From: Candidatus Woesearchaeota archaeon
GTDB lineage: Archaea; Nanobdellota; Nanobdellia; Woesearchaeales; UBA11576
Reading direction: 5' to 3'
DNA length: 64,000 bases
Assembly: GCA_043819495.1 (NCBI GenBank)
Contig: JBDRET010000030.1
Span: 133,463-197,462 of the forward strand
Under the pieces are notes generated by a model. It saw nothing but the letters and a program-made list of their open reading frames with translations, was not told where the DNA came from and ran no database searches. A program made the translations under genes and the position numbers. This document shows positions 62,471 to 64,000 of this stretch, in pieces; the first letter of the stretch is position 1, and every line of letters starts with the position of its first letter.

Positions 62471-62611
62471 ATGAAATCGCTGATTGAAATGAAGATGAAG
62501 GGATTTGAAGCAACGGAGAAGGTGGCTCAAGCGGGTGGTAATAGTGCGAGAATTTACGTGCCCAAACATTGGCAAGGGAAAAAAGTAAAAGTGGTGCTTT
62601 TAGAACAATGA
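62471..62611 (+). CDS. 46-aa AbrB/SpoVT-like small protein (resembles archaeal transposon-encoded DUF2080 proteins)
   Basis: MKSLIEMKMKGFEATEKVAQAGGNSARIYVPKHWQGKKVKVVLLEQ. Below the ORF-track cutoff. Its stop overlaps the transposase ATG (ATGA at 62608-62611). Confidence 0.6.
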   Translation: MKSLIEMKMKGFEATEKVAQAGGNSARIYVPKHWQGKKVKVVLLEQ

Positions 62612-63963
62612 AAAACCTTTGCAAGTCTGACATTAGGAAAAAGTCTAAGGATGAATTAGTGGATGAACTCTTTGATAAACTTATTGAGAATGAGAAACTC
62701 AAAGAAGAAAAAGAAAAGCTTGAGAAAGAGCTCAAGAAATACAAGAATTCTAACACTCCGTCTTCTGCGCATAAGCATCTTAAGCAGAATACTCTTGGCT
62801 TGAAAGCGCAAATAGGTGCTCGTCGGGGAGCGCCGAAGGGGCATCCTGGTACGACAAGACAACGGGCGCCCGGTATTTGTGAAGTCATTGATACGGATCA
62901 ATGTCCTGGATGTGATAGCAAGGATGTAGGTGATGACAAGGTGCTCAAGCGGAGTACTGAAGAGATTCCTCAACCTATTCTGCCTGAAGAGAAAACAAGT
63001 GAGATTCACATCAAGAGATGTAATGATTGTGGCCTGAGATTTGTGCCGTCGCATAACACGACTCCGCTGAAAGGGAGATTCGGCATCAACATCATGGTTA
63101 TGGTCATCTTCATAAAGTTCATCCTGCGCGGGGTTCTTCGAAAGACTGCTAGTTTTCTCGATTCAGGATTTGCTTTACGAATTACTCCTGCTTCTATTAA
63201 CGCAATCATCAAAAGAGTAGCAGACGCGGCGGAAAAAGAATATGAAGAACTCAAGCTGCGAGTCCGCAACGCAGAGAAGGTCTATGTTGATGAGACAAGC
63301 TTCTCTGTGCTTGGCAAAAACCAATGGGTATGGGTTTTCAGAACCACAAGCGAAATCCTGTTGGTGATAAGACCAAGCAGAGGAAGCAATGTGCTCGAAG
63401 AAATATTAGGTAATGATTATGCAGGCGTGGTCATCTGTGACTGCTGGCGCGCCTACAACTTCCTCTCTAGTACTGCATTGATCCAGAGATGCTGGGCACA
63501 CCTACTCCGAAAATCAGGAGATTCATGTGACACAGTCATGGGCAGGCACCTACACGAGAAACTGCTGGTACTCTTTAACGAGATAAAGAAATTCAATGAA
63601 AGCAATCCGACGGAGAGACAACGCCTGCTCAAGTACAGGAAGATGACTGCCCAGCTCGAAAAGCTCACCACATACTACTCAAGATACGAGCATCTCACAG
63701 AAGTCGTAAAATACATCAACTTCAACCTCGAAAACTGGTTCACCTGCGTCAAGGTCGCAGGCGTTGAACCAACAAACAACTTCGCAGAACAAGCAATAAG
63801 AGAAACAGTAATAGTCAGAAAGATAATAGGAGCATTCAGATCAGAAACAGGAAAACAAAATTACGAGACACTCGCATCACTGATAGCAACATGGCAGCTA
63901 TCAGGACTTGACCTCAAAACACAACTCAGACAGATGCTAGTAAAGAACCTCTGCTTTTGCTAA
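62608..63963 (+). CDS. IS66-family DDE transposase
   Basis: N-terminal leucine-zipper-like KLIENEKLKEEKEKLEKELKK. Zn-finger CPGCDS...CNDCG. Also VDETSFSV, VICDCWRAY, QRCWAHLLRK and PTNNFAEQAIRE. Start set at ATG 62608 (the track uses TTG 62569). Confidence 0.88.
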   Translation: MKNLCKSDIRKKSKDELVDELFDKLIENEKLKEEKEKLEKELKKYKNSNTPSSAHKHLKQNTLGLKAQIGARRGAPKGHPGTTRQRAPGICEVIDTDQCPGCDSKDVGDDKVLKRSTEEIPQPILPEEKTSEIHIKRCNDCGLRFVPSHNTTPLKGRFGINIMVMVIFIKFILRGVLRKTASFLDSGFALRITPASINAIIKRVADAAEKEYEELKLRVRNAEKVYVDETSFSVLGKNQWVWVFRTTSEILLVIRPSRGSNVLEEILGNDYAGVVICDCWRAYNFLSSTALIQRCWAHLLRKSGDSCDTVMGRHLHEKLLVLFNEIKKFNESNPTERQRLLKYRKMTAQLEKLTTYYSRYEHLTEVVKYINFNLENWFTCVKVAGVEPTNNFAEQAIRETVIVRKIIGAFRSETGKQNYETLASLIATWQLSGLDLKTQLRQMLVKNLCFC

Positions 63964-64000
63964 ACAAATACCTTATAAGTAGTGGTTTAGAATGGGTTTT

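Larger units (their letters stand above)
62379..63971 (+). mobile_element. IS66-family insertion sequence (two ORFs) bounded by 13-bp perfect inverted repeats
   Basis: GTATTTGTTTAGC (62379-62391) and GCTAAACAAATAC (63959-63971) are perfect reverse complements. Internal BRE/TATA GCGAAA-TC-TTTATATTG at 62431-62447. The right repeat overlaps the transposase stop codon. Confidence 0.65.

Noticed and set aside
62371-63979. Target-site duplication flanking the IS element
   Set aside because: The 8 nt outside the inverted repeats (tttttttc versus cttataag) do not match. The true ends may differ, or the duplication may have decayed.

Overview
This 64-kb window is gene-dense and moderately AT-rich by eye. 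I read it as archaeal, for four reasons. BRE/TATA boxes of the form (A)CGAAA-N2-TTTATATA sit about 25 nt upstream of many starts and of both tRNAs. T-rich tracts follow most genes. One tRNA carries two bulge-helix-bulge (BHB) introns. A LAGLIDADG intein splits a helicase. Lineage cannot be fixed from sequence alone. The mix of giant adhesins and little metabolism would fit an episymbiotic DPANN-type archaeon, but that is inference.

Contents, left to right:
- a partial Ser/Thr kinase
- an Lhr-type helicase with an intein
- a first surface-protein block (2037-aa beta-helix/Ig-repeat protein, a small anchored paralog, a hyperacidic ORF, a Cys-rich lipoprotein, a CARDB/PKD/FN3 protein)
- an uncharacterised leaderless three-gene operon
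- tRNA-Leu(UAA) with two introns, then a nested-palindrome element
- a Fic protein, a YqjD/YqjE-like membrane pair and a cyclophilin
- a roughly 265-nt highly structured intergenic RNA candidate
- an M18 aminopeptidase and a two-component pair
- tRNA-Thr
- an Lrp regulator divergent from an aminotransferase-mdh pair
- a four-gene amidoligase cluster (C39-like peptidase, RLAN/ATP-grasp, GCS2 ligase, FGase-like hydrolase)
- two divergent orphan receiver proteins, a PAS-PAS-2xHTH regulator and an SLT-domain lytic transglycosylase
- a DEAD-box helicase
- a second surface island (1233-aa tail-anchored acidic protein, 1059-aa secreted protein with Cys-pair helical repeats and an OMP-like beta-rich C-terminus, 2271-aa PKD-array protein, CARDB protein)
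- an IS66-family insertion sequence

The most notable recurring signal is a C-terminal anchoring cassette shared by three surface proteins: Gly-run, a roughly 110-aa domain ending in LLPP, an acidic/Pro linker, a TM helix and a basic tail. No CRISPR array or rRNA was seen.
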